A DNA stretch of 54,720 nt from Cryptobacterium sp. CAG:338 (GCA_000435475.1 FR896039.1:3637-58356), one strand, 5' to 3'; counted from the first letter of the stretch, positions 29,285-39,631 are shown. The notes: a model not told the origin generated them from the sequence alone. A program made the numbers and translations.

Positions 29285-29474
29285 GAGAGCCCCTTTAATT
29301 ATGTTATGTGCGCTTACACGCTTCAAAGCTAATCAGTATACAGACCTTATAAGTATACGCCATTTATATACTTCGTCTTACAACACAGGTTATATATAAG
29401 CATCTTGGTTGAACCTGTTCGTCTATTTTTCACAATTTCGCTACACGAATCACTTTTTTACTTCATCAATACTT

Positions 29475-30785
29475 CTAAGATTGTTCGGTTCCCAGATACT
29501 CTCTTAAAAATGCATCGTGCGTTGCTGCGTCAGAGCGTGCATTTTCATACTCTTTAATAAGAGCATCTTGATTGGTGGCATAACTATCAACTACTAATTG
29601 CGTGAGATCAGAAGGAAGTTTTTCTGCCAGCGTAGTAGCTTCAGCATCAGCTTGGTTATAGGCATCGTTATGGGACTCTGCCGTTGACTTATCTTGAATT
29701 AAAATTGCTGCGTTTGAAGCAAGAGCTTCACCTGCTGCTTGACTTTTTAGGTCGAGGTACGCCAATAGATCATCAAAATTCGCTGAACTGTAATAATTCT
29801 GTGCGTCCTCAATATGTGATCGGGCTTCTTCAAACTGAGCTTTCGCAGCAGTAGTATATTCAGTCGATTGTGCAACGTTTTCTTCAGTGGTGTCTGAAAT
29901 TACTTGTGCTGACTGAACTAACAAAGCATTCCCTTCATCAATACAGCCCTGTGCTTGAGTAAGCGCATCAATTGCTTGTTTTGCTGCGATGTCATCATTG
30001 AGACGTTTTTCTGCGCAATCAAGCATTGTTTCACGGGAAACAATTGTAGCTAACACGTGATCAGCTGCCTCTTTATCATACTGAGAACCTTCTAATTCAT
30101 TACGCGCCTTCTGAGCATAGACTCGCGCAGAATCTAAATCCTCTCTAACTGAAGGCAGCTCGTTAAGGAGATTATTTGCCGTATTTACGGTTTCATCGTT
30201 GAAGCTTGTTTGGAAATAGTTATCAATCGAAACAGTTACCTCATCGCTTGCAGCAATAATTTCGCATGACTGATGCAACACACCAACACTGGTGCTGAGT
30301 TTAACCTGCTCCTGATAAAACCAGTATCCTCCTACCCCCAAAAAGGAAAGGCAGATAACTATTACTAAAGCAAGACTAAAACGACGGTATCGTTTACGAC
30401 GTCTCTGTCGATTTTTAATTTCCGCTTGAGATTCCGCCCCAAGAAAAGTTGAAGTTGAATTAGCAGCATTCTTCTTTGAGGTTGATTGAGATTTCTCTTG
30501 AAGAGCATGCGAAGCGGTAGAGGCATGAGAACTACCGTTGTTTCCTTTTTGCTTATGAAGTGATGCATAAAAAGGTGACTCATTCGATTCATTTCTTCTT
30601 GAGCGCCAGAGTTTAAATCTGCTTGGTTGCTCCTCTAAATTCGCTGCTTTTTGCTCCAACACATTAAGTGATAGCTCATTTGGCTTTCCTTGAGAGAATT
30701 CCTTTACGTGAAGAAATTTTTTCTCTTTCTGACCCAAGCCTCTTCCTGGCTGCTTTTTTCCTTTATGTTTCTTCTCTCTTACCAC
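29475..30785 (-). CDS. Single-pass membrane protein with helical extracytoplasmic domain
   Basis: Basic N-terminus, RRRKRYRR then TM helix, Ala/Asp/Glu-rich helical C-domain. Confidence 0.75.
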   Translation of the reverse strand: MVREKKHKGKKQPGRGLGQKEKKFLHVKEFSQGKPNELSLNVLEQKAANLEEQPSRFKLWRSRRNESNESPFYASLHKQKGNNGSSHASTASHALQEKSQSTSKKNAANSTSTFLGAESQAEIKNRQRRRKRYRRFSLALVIVICLSFLGVGGYWFYQEQVKLSTSVGVLHQSCEIIAASDEVTVSIDNYFQTSFNDETVNTANNLLNELPSVREDLDSARVYAQKARNELEGSQYDKEAADHVLATIVSRETMLDCAEKRLNDDIAAKQAIDALTQAQGCIDEGNALLVQSAQVISDTTEENVAQSTEYTTAAKAQFEEARSHIEDAQNYYSSANFDDLLAYLDLKSQAAGEALASNAAILIQDKSTAESHNDAYNQADAEATTLAEKLPSDLTQLVVDSYATNQDALIKEYENARSDAATHDAFLREYLGTEQS

Positions 30786-30846
30786 GTAAATGCTCTCAGT
30801 TTCCCCTTAAAGAATTGCGCACTGCCTCTTACTTCTCTTTATCTAA

Positions 30847-33800
30847 CTAATTACCGTGATTCAAAAATACATCTTCAATAATTTCATCGCAGGTGAGATA
30901 AGAGATATTTTTACTTGGCAAAGAATTCAAGAATTTCTTACCGTAATACTTTGTTATCAGCCTTCGATCAGCAAGTACCACAATTCCTTTATCTGTTGCT
31001 GTTCGAATCAATCTTCCAACCGCCTGTTTTACCTCGATAACTGCTGAAGGCAGAGAATAATGAGCCCACGCTCGATCATCACGTTGCTGACGCTCACAGG
31101 AAAGTGGATCAGTCGGTAATCCAAAAGGAAGTTTAGGAATTACGACTCCTTTCAAGGTTGAACCGGGAGCATCGAAGCCCTCCCAAAAACTCTTAAGCGC
31201 AAAAAGACTTAAGTGTTCATCCTTAAGGAAATCATCCTTTAAACCTTTAACTGATACACCCCATTTTTGACACACAAGGCGCAAGTCATCTTCCTTGAGC
31301 GCTGGTTGAACTTTTCCGAAACACTGCTCCATTTCGCGTCTATTAGTAAAGAGAGTCAACAATGATCCCTTTTGCGCACGATGAAGCTTAATTAAGAAGG
31401 ACTCTAAAGCCTCTAAATAATGCGGATCCTGCGGTTCAGGAATATCGGTAGGAACGTAAATATGCATATTAGTATCGAAATCGAAACTGGATTCAACTTT
31501 CAATACTTCAGCACGTGATTCATCAGCTTCATTAAATCCTACCGCACGATTAAATGCGTCAAATTGCCCGTCTATCGATAGGGTTGCCGATGCATATACC
31601 ACACTTCGTGTTTCAGGATACAAAAACTCGTTAAGTGATTTACCGATATCAAGAGGCTGAACAGTAAATACCTCATCAAGCACACCCTTTGCTCTATTCA
31701 GACGCACCGAATACACGTTATTGTCGCTCTCATGGAAGAATATGATGTCAAACGTTTCGTATAGCTCTCTTAGTTCCAACGCAACAAGGGCAAGCTCACG
31801 CTGAGCACTAGAGGTATCATCCATCTGTTCGGCATACGCGACAAGATCACGAGTTGCTTTAATGAGTTTTTCTAACGTGTTATACAAAGAGCGAGCACAT
31901 TCTCTTACTCCTTGATATGTTTCACTCGTGCGAATTTCGCTGTTTAGCCATAAATCAAACCATTCATACCCTCGTGAACGCGATTTCTGATCAAACACAA
32001 GAAGATCTTTAGCGCTCAAACAGAATTCTTCCGCAGCGATCGAAAATGCCCCTGCAGTAGTTTCTGCTTTTGCGATCAAAGCGTCATAGAGCGCTTGTCC
32101 TTCCTCGGGAGCTTGAGCACTTCTTTTTACTCGGGTAAGTACGTTAACTGAAGCGGAATCAGCAGTTACACGCTTCACTAACGTCATAATTTCATTGCTC
32201 GAAGTAGACAACGAAAAGGCACGCCGAGCTTCTGCTTCAGCGCCATGAGCCTCGTCTACTACCCAATAGCGAATAGGAGGTAAAAGTCCTCCTTCAAATC
32301 GAGTATCCCAGAAAAGTAAGCTATGGTTAGTGACTACCACGTCGCAACGTTGGGCTTGTTCTCGTGCGCCATGAACAAAGCAAGATCGCCCAAAGAACGG
32401 ACATTTCCTTCTTAAACACTCAGCGCTTGATGTAGTGATGCGTTTTCGAGGAATTGCCCGATAATCTATTTTCAACGCATCGATATCATCGTAGTCACTC
32501 TGCACAATAAAAGAGAGAAGTGCTGCCAGAGATGGTGTTTGGTTAAGGGGCTGCTTTTTGTAAATGATTGTTTTTGGACCCTGGTTTATAAGGGTTTCAA
32601 CTTTCCTTAAACAGGGATAATGGTTAAAGCCTTTTAAAGGTGCATAGGTGATTCCTAAGGCACTTGACAGCAAGGGGAGTTCTTTGTGGACCAACTGATC
32701 TAACAGCGCATTTGTTTTAGTTGCAACTCCAACCGTTATTCCGTTTTCCTTTGCGGCATACACTAAGGGCACGAGATACGCCATAGATTTACCAACACCG
32801 GTTCCAGCCTCAACAGCTAGATTGCACGACTGAGAAATTGCCTTATGGACAGCTAATGCCATCTCCCGTTGTTCTTCACGCGTTTCATAGTCCTCATACA
32901 ATGTTCCAAGGAGGCCTTCTGGACTAAAGGCATGCGCAATTACTTCTTTATCTACAAAAGACAGTACGCGCGGCGCATTTATATTTTCCTGGTTACTATC
33001 TAAATCGTTTTCGGGATTCTGCTGGCTTTCCGCACTTTCCGCAGTTAAAGGAATAGTAGAAACAGCTATTTCTTGATTCTTATCTGCATATTCGGTATCT
33101 CCATTAACGACAGCTTCTCCAAATACCCCGCTAGCAGGACTATTTGCGTCGGGACGTACAGGGTTGAGATCTTCAGTTAATGTTTCTTTTCGATACTTAC
33201 GAAGATTATATGCGGATACTTCGGTTTGTTCCCATACTTCATGATCTGCTAAAGAACGGAAAACATACGCAGTGTTCCACTCCTCCACTTCGCTCATTTT
33301 TCCAATCGCGCAAATCAAAGACTGAGGAAGTGTTACTACCGCCGCCAACAATACGCGATACACCATACAAGTAGCAGCAACATCGTCATCGGCACGATGG
33401 GTTGATTCGGGACCCCCGAAAGCACGTACGAGATCCAATAATCGATGAGAAGTAAAGCGAGGAAGAGCAATTCGAGCTAAATCAAGAGAGTCGATCCATC
33501 TATTTTGCTTTAAGGGCTCGCCTGCAGGATTCTTAGTCACAAAAGTACGATCGAAATTTGCATTATGAGCAACTAGATCAGAATCTCCAACAAATTCGAC
33601 AAGTTTCTGAAGTGCCTCGTCAGGACTAGGGGCATCTTTCACGTCCTCGTCACTGATATTAGTGAGATGAGCAACATCCTCAGGAATTTGTTTACCAGGG
33701 TTAACAAATGTAATATACCATTCCGTAATTTCACCTTTAACCATACGAGCTGCCGCTATCTGAATCAACTCATCATGATTAAAAGAAAAACCCGTTGTTT

Positions 33801-33957
33801 CAGTATCAATTACTACTACATCTTCATCGAGAACACCGAAATCATGAGTTTTAGCATACTCAGCTAATCCATGATAACGATCAAGGGTTCTTTGGGGAGT
33901 ATTCTCTAAGATATAGGTATCTAGCGTTATTTGCTGTTGTGAGTTTTGTTTTTCCAT
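30847..33957 (-). CDS. dinG: DnaQ-type exonuclease fused to DinG-family helicase
   Basis: DTETTG, HNANFD, HRADDD exonuclease motifs; EAGTGVGKS, DEAH, QAVGRLIR helicase motifs; four Cys for an Fe-S cluster. Confidence 0.92.
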   Translation of the reverse strand: MEKQNSQQQITLDTYILENTPQRTLDRYHGLAEYAKTHDFGVLDEDVVVIDTETTGFSFNHDELIQIAAARMVKGEITEWYITFVNPGKQIPEDVAHLTNISDEDVKDAPSPDEALQKLVEFVGDSDLVAHNANFDRTFVTKNPAGEPLKQNRWIDSLDLARIALPRFTSHRLLDLVRAFGGPESTHRADDDVAATCMVYRVLLAAVVTLPQSLICAIGKMSEVEEWNTAYVFRSLADHEVWEQTEVSAYNLRKYRKETLTEDLNPVRPDANSPASGVFGEAVVNGDTEYADKNQEIAVSTIPLTAESAESQQNPENDLDSNQENINAPRVLSFVDKEVIAHAFSPEGLLGTLYEDYETREEQREMALAVHKAISQSCNLAVEAGTGVGKSMAYLVPLVYAAKENGITVGVATKTNALLDQLVHKELPLLSSALGITYAPLKGFNHYPCLRKVETLINQGPKTIIYKKQPLNQTPSLAALLSFIVQSDYDDIDALKIDYRAIPRKRITTSSAECLRRKCPFFGRSCFVHGAREQAQRCDVVVTNHSLLFWDTRFEGGLLPPIRYWVVDEAHGAEAEARRAFSLSTSSNEIMTLVKRVTADSASVNVLTRVKRSAQAPEEGQALYDALIAKAETTAGAFSIAAEEFCLSAKDLLVFDQKSRSRGYEWFDLWLNSEIRTSETYQGVRECARSLYNTLEKLIKATRDLVAYAEQMDDTSSAQRELALVALELRELYETFDIIFFHESDNNVYSVRLNRAKGVLDEVFTVQPLDIGKSLNEFLYPETRSVVYASATLSIDGQFDAFNRAVGFNEADESRAEVLKVESSFDFDTNMHIYVPTDIPEPQDPHYLEALESFLIKLHRAQKGSLLTLFTNRREMEQCFGKVQPALKEDDLRLVCQKWGVSVKGLKDDFLKDEHLSLFALKSFWEGFDAPGSTLKGVVIPKLPFGLPTDPLSCERQQRDDRAWAHYSLPSAVIEVKQAVGRLIRTATDKGIVVLADRRLITKYYGKKFLNSLPSKNISYLTCDEIIEDVFLNHGN

Positions 33958-34021
33958 GGCAGTAAGATTATCATTTATAAAATTCAGTACGATCTTAATA
34001 TTTATATTTATAGGAGAAACT

Positions 34022-34666
34022 ATGGCAAAGATTGGCTACTTCGCAACTTATGCGCGATTCGATACAGTCGACAAAGAAGCAGCTGCCGCGTTTTTAGGAG
34101 CCGATAATATCGTAGGTGACACCTTTACGGTTGATCACGAAATTACTCCTGATTCAAATAAAGCATGGATTGTTAATCCTTTCGGTAAAAAAATGGGCTA
34201 TTTAAGTCCAAAGGTTGCTGAACAAGTTGATCTTTGTAAAGCAAAAGGTTGGAACACTGTTGCTATCTTAGCGCTCGTTGCTTTTTCTGAACAACCTGAA
34301 CCTGGATTATATTGGGGTGAGGTTGTAATCATTTCCTACGATCCTGCATATGAATCTGCTTTTTCTACTTTCGTGGAAGGAATTAGAAAACAAATTAGTA
34401 AAGGGGTTAGACCTAAGGTTAAACTTGGTCCAGATTCACTGCAGAAAATTATTGACACTCAGGGCGTTTGGCTTCCTAGCGATCGTGTTGCTTTACCTAA
34501 AAAAGAAAAAGGGACCGCTTGGGTTAAAACTGAACGTTCCGGCACTGAAGCACTTGTTGAGCAAGCAAGAAAAGGTAATATAGGGTGCACTATTGCGAGC
34601 TGGATTTTCCTTTTAGCACTTGTTGCTCTTTTGGTTTTCGGCCTCCACTCTTGTGGGTTATTCTAA
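34022..34666 (+). CDS. Hypothetical protein with HIRAN-like domain and C-terminal TM helix
   Basis: AGGAG SD before ATG 34022; VGDTFTV...AWIVNPFGKKMGYLSPKVA resembles HIRAN; hydrophobic C-terminus. Confidence 0.65.
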   Translation: MAKIGYFATYARFDTVDKEAAAAFLGADNIVGDTFTVDHEITPDSNKAWIVNPFGKKMGYLSPKVAEQVDLCKAKGWNTVAILALVAFSEQPEPGLYWGEVVIISYDPAYESAFSTFVEGIRKQISKGVRPKVKLGPDSLQKIIDTQGVWLPSDRVALPKKEKGTAWVKTERSGTEALVEQARKGNIGCTIASWIFLLALVALLVFGLHSCGLF

Positions 34667-34744
34667 GAATTAGCTTTATCGTTACATCACCCTCGTGTCT
34701 GCTTACTTTAGATATTCTCTTTTCAAATATTTTCTACCTTAATT

Positions 34745-34780
34745 TCAGGCACCTTATCCTAATGAAGGTGCCTGATTTTT
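34745..34780 (+). terminator. Hairpin terminator overlapping the ddl stop
   Basis: TCAGGCACCTT-9 nt-AAGGTGCCTGA followed by TTTTT. Confidence 0.6.
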
Positions 34781-35716
34781 ATCTAACGCCTCAAATACCA
34801 TATTGGTACATAACTGCTCAAAAGTTATTCCGCTTACTTTAGCTGCATCTGGCAATAACGAAGTAGGAGTCATTCCTGGTAACGTATTAGTTTCCAGAAC
34901 CCAAAACTTACCCGTTTCATCCTGAATTAAATCTGTTCTTGAAACACCCTGACATCCCAAAACTTGATGCGCTTTTAGGGCAAGCTCTTGAGCCTCTTTT
35001 GTTTCCTTATCGCTTAAAGGTGCAGGACAAATATGCTGAGATCCTCCTTCAGCATATTTTGATTCGTAGTCATAAAATTCATTGACGGGAATAATTTTTA
35101 TCACAGGAAGCGCCTGTGGGTTATCGCTTCCTAAAACGCCCACGGTAAATTCGCTTCCACTAATAAATGTTTCTACAAAAGCTGACGAATCAACAGTGAA
35201 TACCTTCTCCACCGCTTGAGTAACATCCTCTTCAGTATTACAGATATACACCCCAAGAGCACTACCTTCGGTTGCCGCTTTAACAACACAAGGAAGTCCT
35301 ACCTGAGAGATTATTTCCTCGCTTGAAGTGTGAGGGGTATTTAATTTCATAGACCCAGGAGTTGGAATTTGAGCTTCACGATAGAAGAATTTTGAAGTGA
35401 TTTTATTCACGGCAGTTGCACTCGCCCAAACTCCTGAACCGGTATAAGGAATTCCCACCGTTTCAAGGAATCCTTGAATAGTGCCGTCTTCTCCCCCTTT
35501 ACCGTGTAAAGCCAAAAACGCCACATCGAAAGTATTCGTAACTAAGGTTTTGAGATCCTCTTTATTTGATGGATCAAGCAATGTTACTTGAAACCCTACG
35601 GCTTTTAATGCTTGTTCAACACTTTTACCCGAAGATAAAGAAACAGCTCTTTCGCCACTTTTTCCACCAGCTAGTAAAGCAACTTTGATCGAATCAGGCT
35701 TACGTTGAGAGGACAT
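34754..35716 (-). CDS. ddl: D-alanine--D-alanine ligase
   Basis: GGKSGERAVSLSSG, LHGKGGEDG, EGSALG, FYDYESKY, ETNTLPGMT. Confidence 0.95.
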   Translation of the reverse strand: MSSQRKPDSIKVALLAGGKSGERAVSLSSGKSVEQALKAVGFQVTLLDPSNKEDLKTLVTNTFDVAFLALHGKGGEDGTIQGFLETVGIPYTGSGVWASATAVNKITSKFFYREAQIPTPGSMKLNTPHTSSEEIISQVGLPCVVKAATEGSALGVYICNTEEDVTQAVEKVFTVDSSAFVETFISGSEFTVGVLGSDNPQALPVIKIIPVNEFYDYESKYAEGGSQHICPAPLSDKETKEAQELALKAHQVLGCQGVSRTDLIQDETGKFWVLETNTLPGMTPTSLLPDAAKVSGITFEQLCTNMVFEALDKNQAPSLG

Positions 35717-35903
35717 AATTCTCGCTTTCAAACGTGATAAATAATTTAACCAACACCAGTAGCTTTTTTCAGAACTAACATTCAATATTATTTTGATATT
35801 AGATACTGAGCTATCTTGCGCTCTTCGTGAGTATAGCAAAGGACATATAGAGACTTACTATTTCCTTTTAATCTGTATCGTTTTCCTTGCGTATAATGTC
35901 GGT

Positions 35904-36956
35904 ATGAATAAATCAATCTATACATACAACATTTCAGAACTACCTGAACTTCTTAATAATTTTAATCAACCGAGCTTTCGAGCAAAACAGCTTGCTACTT
36001 GGCTTTACCGAGATTTTGCACAGTCCTATGAAGAGATGACTAATCTTCCGGCATCTTTGCGTAAAGAACTTTCTTCACAATGTCCGCTTAACCCTCTGGT
36101 AATTCTCGACAAACAAATCTCTCGTGACGGCACGAGAAAATATGTGTTTGTTTTCGACAACAATACTCAAGTTGAAGCGGTTGGAATACCTTCATTTTCT
36201 AAGAAGAATTCAAAAGATGAACCCAAACATCTAACGGTTTGTTTTTCAACACAAGCAGGATGCGCTATGCAATGTGCTTTCTGCGCCACGGGGGAAGAGG
36301 GTCTCACTCGGAATTTATCTTCTGGAGAAATGGTTGCGCAGATTCTTGCTGTTCAGAATGATTTCGGGTATCGAGTGACCAATGTTGTCTCTATGGGACA
36401 AGGTGAACCGTTTCATAATTACGATTCAGTCATCGATGCCCTACGTTATCTAAATAGCAAAGATGGTCTCCAAATTGGCGCTCGTCACATAACTCTTTCT
36501 ACCTGTGGAATTCTTCCCGGAATAAGAAAACTTAGCACAGAACCAGAGCAGTTTACTTTAGCGATATCTCTGCATTCTGCTATTCAATCTACACGTGATT
36601 ATTTAATGCCTCGCTGTAGCCAGATGCCCTTAACGCATCTTAAAGATGAATTGGTTACCTACACTCAAAAAACTGGTCGTCGCGTAAGTCTTGAATACCT
36701 TATGATTGATTCAATCAACGATACTCCCCAACATCTTGAAGCTTTAGTTTCTTTTTGCGATAACCTTCTCTGCCATATCAACCTTATCCCTCTTAATCAT
36801 ATCGAGAGAAGTAAATTTGTCCCGAGCGATAAGAAGACACTTGACTCTTGGGTCTCAACTCTTCAATCTCATGGAAAAGAATGCACTATTAGGAATTCAC
36901 GAGGATCCGACATCGACGGAGCCTGTGGACAATTAAAGAACAAATTAAAACTTTAA
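35904..36956 (+). CDS. rlmN: 23S rRNA m2A2503 radical SAM methyltransferase
   Basis: DGTRKY, STQAGCAMQCAFC, MGQGEP, ISLHS, DIDGACGQL; TATAAT 6 nt before the ATG suggests a leaderless mRNA. Confidence 0.95.
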   Translation: MNKSIYTYNISELPELLNNFNQPSFRAKQLATWLYRDFAQSYEEMTNLPASLRKELSSQCPLNPLVILDKQISRDGTRKYVFVFDNNTQVEAVGIPSFSKKNSKDEPKHLTVCFSTQAGCAMQCAFCATGEEGLTRNLSSGEMVAQILAVQNDFGYRVTNVVSMGQGEPFHNYDSVIDALRYLNSKDGLQIGARHITLSTCGILPGIRKLSTEPEQFTLAISLHSAIQSTRDYLMPRCSQMPLTHLKDELVTYTQKTGRRVSLEYLMIDSINDTPQHLEALVSFCDNLLCHINLIPLNHIERSKFVPSDKKTLDSWVSTLQSHGKECTIRNSRGSDIDGACGQLKNKLKL

Positions 36957-37028
36957 GCTACTTACTTGTATGCGGCTTCTGGCTAAGTAGTAACTTACTT
37001 TATCTGAATTACTCGTAATGATTAAAAA

Positions 37029-37061
37029 ATCGGGGCCACAGAATCCTCTGTGAGCCCCGAT
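37029..37061. terminator. Terminator between convergent rlmN and parB
   Basis: ATCGGGGC-CACAGA/TCTGTG-A-GCCCCGAT hairpin with A-tract before and T-rich tract after. Confidence 0.75.
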
Positions 37062-37092
37062 CTTGTTCTTTAAGGTATAAAAGTTCGAATTA

Positions 37093-38442
37093 TTAAGCTT
37101 CTGCCTTTTCAGCGCCTTTAGATTCAGAATTTTCTGCAATTAAGCTTAGAATTCTCTCTAATTCAGCTTCGTCTTTAAATTGAATCTCAATTTTATTTTT
37201 CCCTTGTACCGTCTTTACACGTACGGGTACTGATAAGAATCGAGTCAAGCCTCTTGCGGCTTTTTTGAAACTTGCTGGAGCTGGAACTCGTTTATTTTTA
37301 CCAGTTTCTTTTGCTTGAGCTCTTCCAGATAAAAGTCGTGCAATCGCTTCGGTTTCGCGCACACTTAATTTTTCATCTATTAATTTCTGCGTTAAGGTTT
37401 TACGACCCTCAACGTCAGGGATTGATAATATTGCACGAGCATGACCTGCTGTAATCTTCTCTTCAAACAATAACTGCTGCGCTTCTTCAGGAAGGTCAAG
37501 CAGTCTTAAAGCATTAGCAATTGTTGAGCGGCCTTTAGATACTGTTTGAGCGACTTCGGACTGAGTCATCCCACGACGCTCCATTAATCGCTTATAACCA
37601 TAAGCTTCTTCAATGGGATTAAGATCAGTACGCTGAATATTTTCAATTAACGCAAGTTCTAAGGCCTTATCGTTATCTGCTGCCCAAAAACGAACTGGAA
37701 TTTCCTTCATATTAAGGCTCTTACAGGCTTGCCAACGTCGTTCTCCTGCAATTATTTGATAATTTTCTCCAACTTTTCGTACTAAAATCGGCTGCAACAA
37801 TCCCTCTTTTTTAATTGAATTAGCAAGTTCTTCAATTTCTTCAGGTTTAAAGTTCGTGCGCGGTTGATCAGGGTTTGGTTGAACCTTATCAAGTGCAACC
37901 ACTCCCGTAGATCCTTTTTCTTCCTTAGGCTTTACCGTGTGAAGAACTTTATCCACCACTGGAGAAGCTGCTACTGTTGTTTTTTGTGGTTGGTTCTTGG
38001 TATTAGGTGAATTTACTCCAGCTCCATTTTGAACATCCGATACTACTCCAGTGTGATTTGTGTACCCAGCTGAATTAATTCGATTAGAGATTTCTCTCGT
38101 ACTTTTATGTTGGAAAATACTTCTAGGTCTATTTTGAGAAATAGGTTCTCTTACAGAATTTTTTGGACGAGCATCCCTCGAAACTACTTTTGCGTTCTCA
38201 ATGGCATCTTCTGAAATATAAATATCAGAAGATGTTTTAGGCGCAGCATCAGAAGGAGTTCCAGCTTTATTTAAACTATCCTGATTTTCTTGCTTAGTAG
38301 AAATATCTGCTGATTTAGTTTCAGAAGAAATATCTTTCTTCTGTTCTTTCTTTTCTGACGTGGCTGATTGTGAATGATTCAGTGAGCTATCGTCAAATAG
38401 CGCATTCAGACCTCTTCCAAGACCACTTTTTTGTTTAGCCAC
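37093..38442 (-). CDS. parB: Chromosome partitioning protein ParB
   Basis: GLGRGLNAL N-peptide, PNPDQPR, GLLQPI, IAGERRW, ENIQRTDL, HTH; GTG start after GAGGTG. Confidence 0.97.
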   Translation of the reverse strand: MAKQKSGLGRGLNALFDDSSLNHSQSATSEKKEQKKDISSETKSADISTKQENQDSLNKAGTPSDAAPKTSSDIYISEDAIENAKVVSRDARPKNSVREPISQNRPRSIFQHKSTREISNRINSAGYTNHTGVVSDVQNGAGVNSPNTKNQPQKTTVAASPVVDKVLHTVKPKEEKGSTGVVALDKVQPNPDQPRTNFKPEEIEELANSIKKEGLLQPILVRKVGENYQIIAGERRWQACKSLNMKEIPVRFWAADNDKALELALIENIQRTDLNPIEEAYGYKRLMERRGMTQSEVAQTVSKGRSTIANALRLLDLPEEAQQLLFEEKITAGHARAILSIPDVEGRKTLTQKLIDEKLSVRETEAIARLLSGRAQAKETGKNKRVPAPASFKKAARGLTRFLSVPVRVKTVQGKNKIEIQFKDEAELERILSLIAENSESKGAEKAEA

Positions 38443-39502
38443 GGGCAATCACCTCTCGGGCAAGTTCGTTGTAAGCTTCTGTACCTTTATTATCTGGAGC
38501 ATATTCAATAATAGGTTGTCCATAGCTTGGAGCTTCAGACAACTTTACTGTACGGGGAATCATTGTTTCAAATACCGTTTTACCAAAGAAAGATCGCACT
38601 TCATTTACTACTTGATTAGATAAATTGGTGCGCGAATCATACATAGTCATCACAATGCCAAAAATATCCAAGCTAGGATTAAGCATCTTTTTGACACGAT
38701 TCATCGAATCAAGAAGTTTTGTCACACCTTCCAAAGCATAGAACTCGCATTGAATAGGAACAAGTAGTTTATCCGCCGCAACTAAAGCATTTATCGTCAA
38801 CAATCCAAGAGAAGGAGGACAATCAATGAGAATATAATCGTAGCGACCTCGTAAGCTTCCTAAAGCACTTTTTAAACGATTTTCTCGAGCCATTTCATTA
38901 ACAAGCTCTACTTCCGCACCAGCAAGATTAATAGTTGATGGTAAAACATCTACTCCTTTACCAACACACGCTAAGATAACTTCTTCTACTGGTGTTTCTC
39001 CTAGAAGTGCATCATACACGCAGCCATCAAGCTCGCGTTTATCTATTCCATAACCACTTGTTGCATTACCTTGCGGATCTAAATCAACAAGAAGTACTTC
39101 TTTATTCATAGCACCTAACGCAGCAGCAAGATTTACCGCAGTGGTTGACTTTCCTACGCCACCTTTTTGATTAATAATTGCCAAAATTTTAGTCTGACCA
39201 ATACTGTGGGTAACTGGTGGCTTTTGAGTGAAAGGAACATATTGAGCTGTTACGACATCGTCTTCAGAAACTTCTTCACTTTTTGTCGTTTCTTCAGTAT
39301 TCTCAGCTATCTGATTTTCGTTACTAGATTCCGAAATATCGGCTTCTGTAGTGTCTACTTCTCGTTCGATAACTTCTGCATGCTCATTAATCTCATCAAA
39401 AGTTGTTTGCTTTTCTTCTTTTGACAATACCTGAGATTTTGATTCGTTAACGGGAGCCACTGGGTTATTTTTAAATTTCTTTCGACTACCGAATAATCCC
39501 AC
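38435..39502 (-). CDS. parA: Chromosome partitioning ATPase ParA/Soj with N-terminal extension
   Basis: NQKGGVGKST, DLDPQGNATS, DCPPSLG, QCEFYALEG, LSEAPSYG; start set at GTG 39502 after AAAGGA. Confidence 0.96.
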   Translation of the reverse strand: MGLFGSRKKFKNNPVAPVNESKSQVLSKEEKQTTFDEINEHAEVIEREVDTTEADISESSNENQIAENTEETTKSEEVSEDDVVTAQYVPFTQKPPVTHSIGQTKILAIINQKGGVGKSTTAVNLAAALGAMNKEVLLVDLDPQGNATSGYGIDKRELDGCVYDALLGETPVEEVILACVGKGVDVLPSTINLAGAEVELVNEMARENRLKSALGSLRGRYDYILIDCPPSLGLLTINALVAADKLLVPIQCEFYALEGVTKLLDSMNRVKKMLNPSLDIFGIVMTMYDSRTNLSNQVVNEVRSFFGKTVFETMIPRTVKLSEAPSYGQPIIEYAPDNKGTEAYNELAREVIARG

Positions 39503-39545
39503 GAATATTCCTTTCCTCGATATCGAACTGATTATATCTAATATA

Positions 39546-39561
39546 TGTTTCACGTGAAACA
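39546..39561. promoter_or_regulatory. parS site 1
   Basis: Perfect TGTTTCACGTGAAACA. Confidence 0.95.
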
Positions 39562-39615
39562 TATATTAGATTCCTTTATCCAAAACAGACTTATCTCATT
39601 AATTACTTACCTTAC

Positions 39616-39631
39616 TGTTTCACGTGAAACA
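39616..39631. promoter_or_regulatory. parS site 2
   Basis: Perfect TGTTTCACGTGAAACA. Confidence 0.95.

Noticed and set aside
34754..35716. ddl as a Van-type D-Ala-D-Lac ligase
   Set aside because: The omega loop FYDYESKY keeps the Tyr typical of D-Ala-D-Ala ligases and no van genes are nearby
39503..39562. ORF-track ParA start MFHVKH
   Set aside because: MFHVKH is the translation of the parS palindrome; a GTG with a good SD lies at 39502
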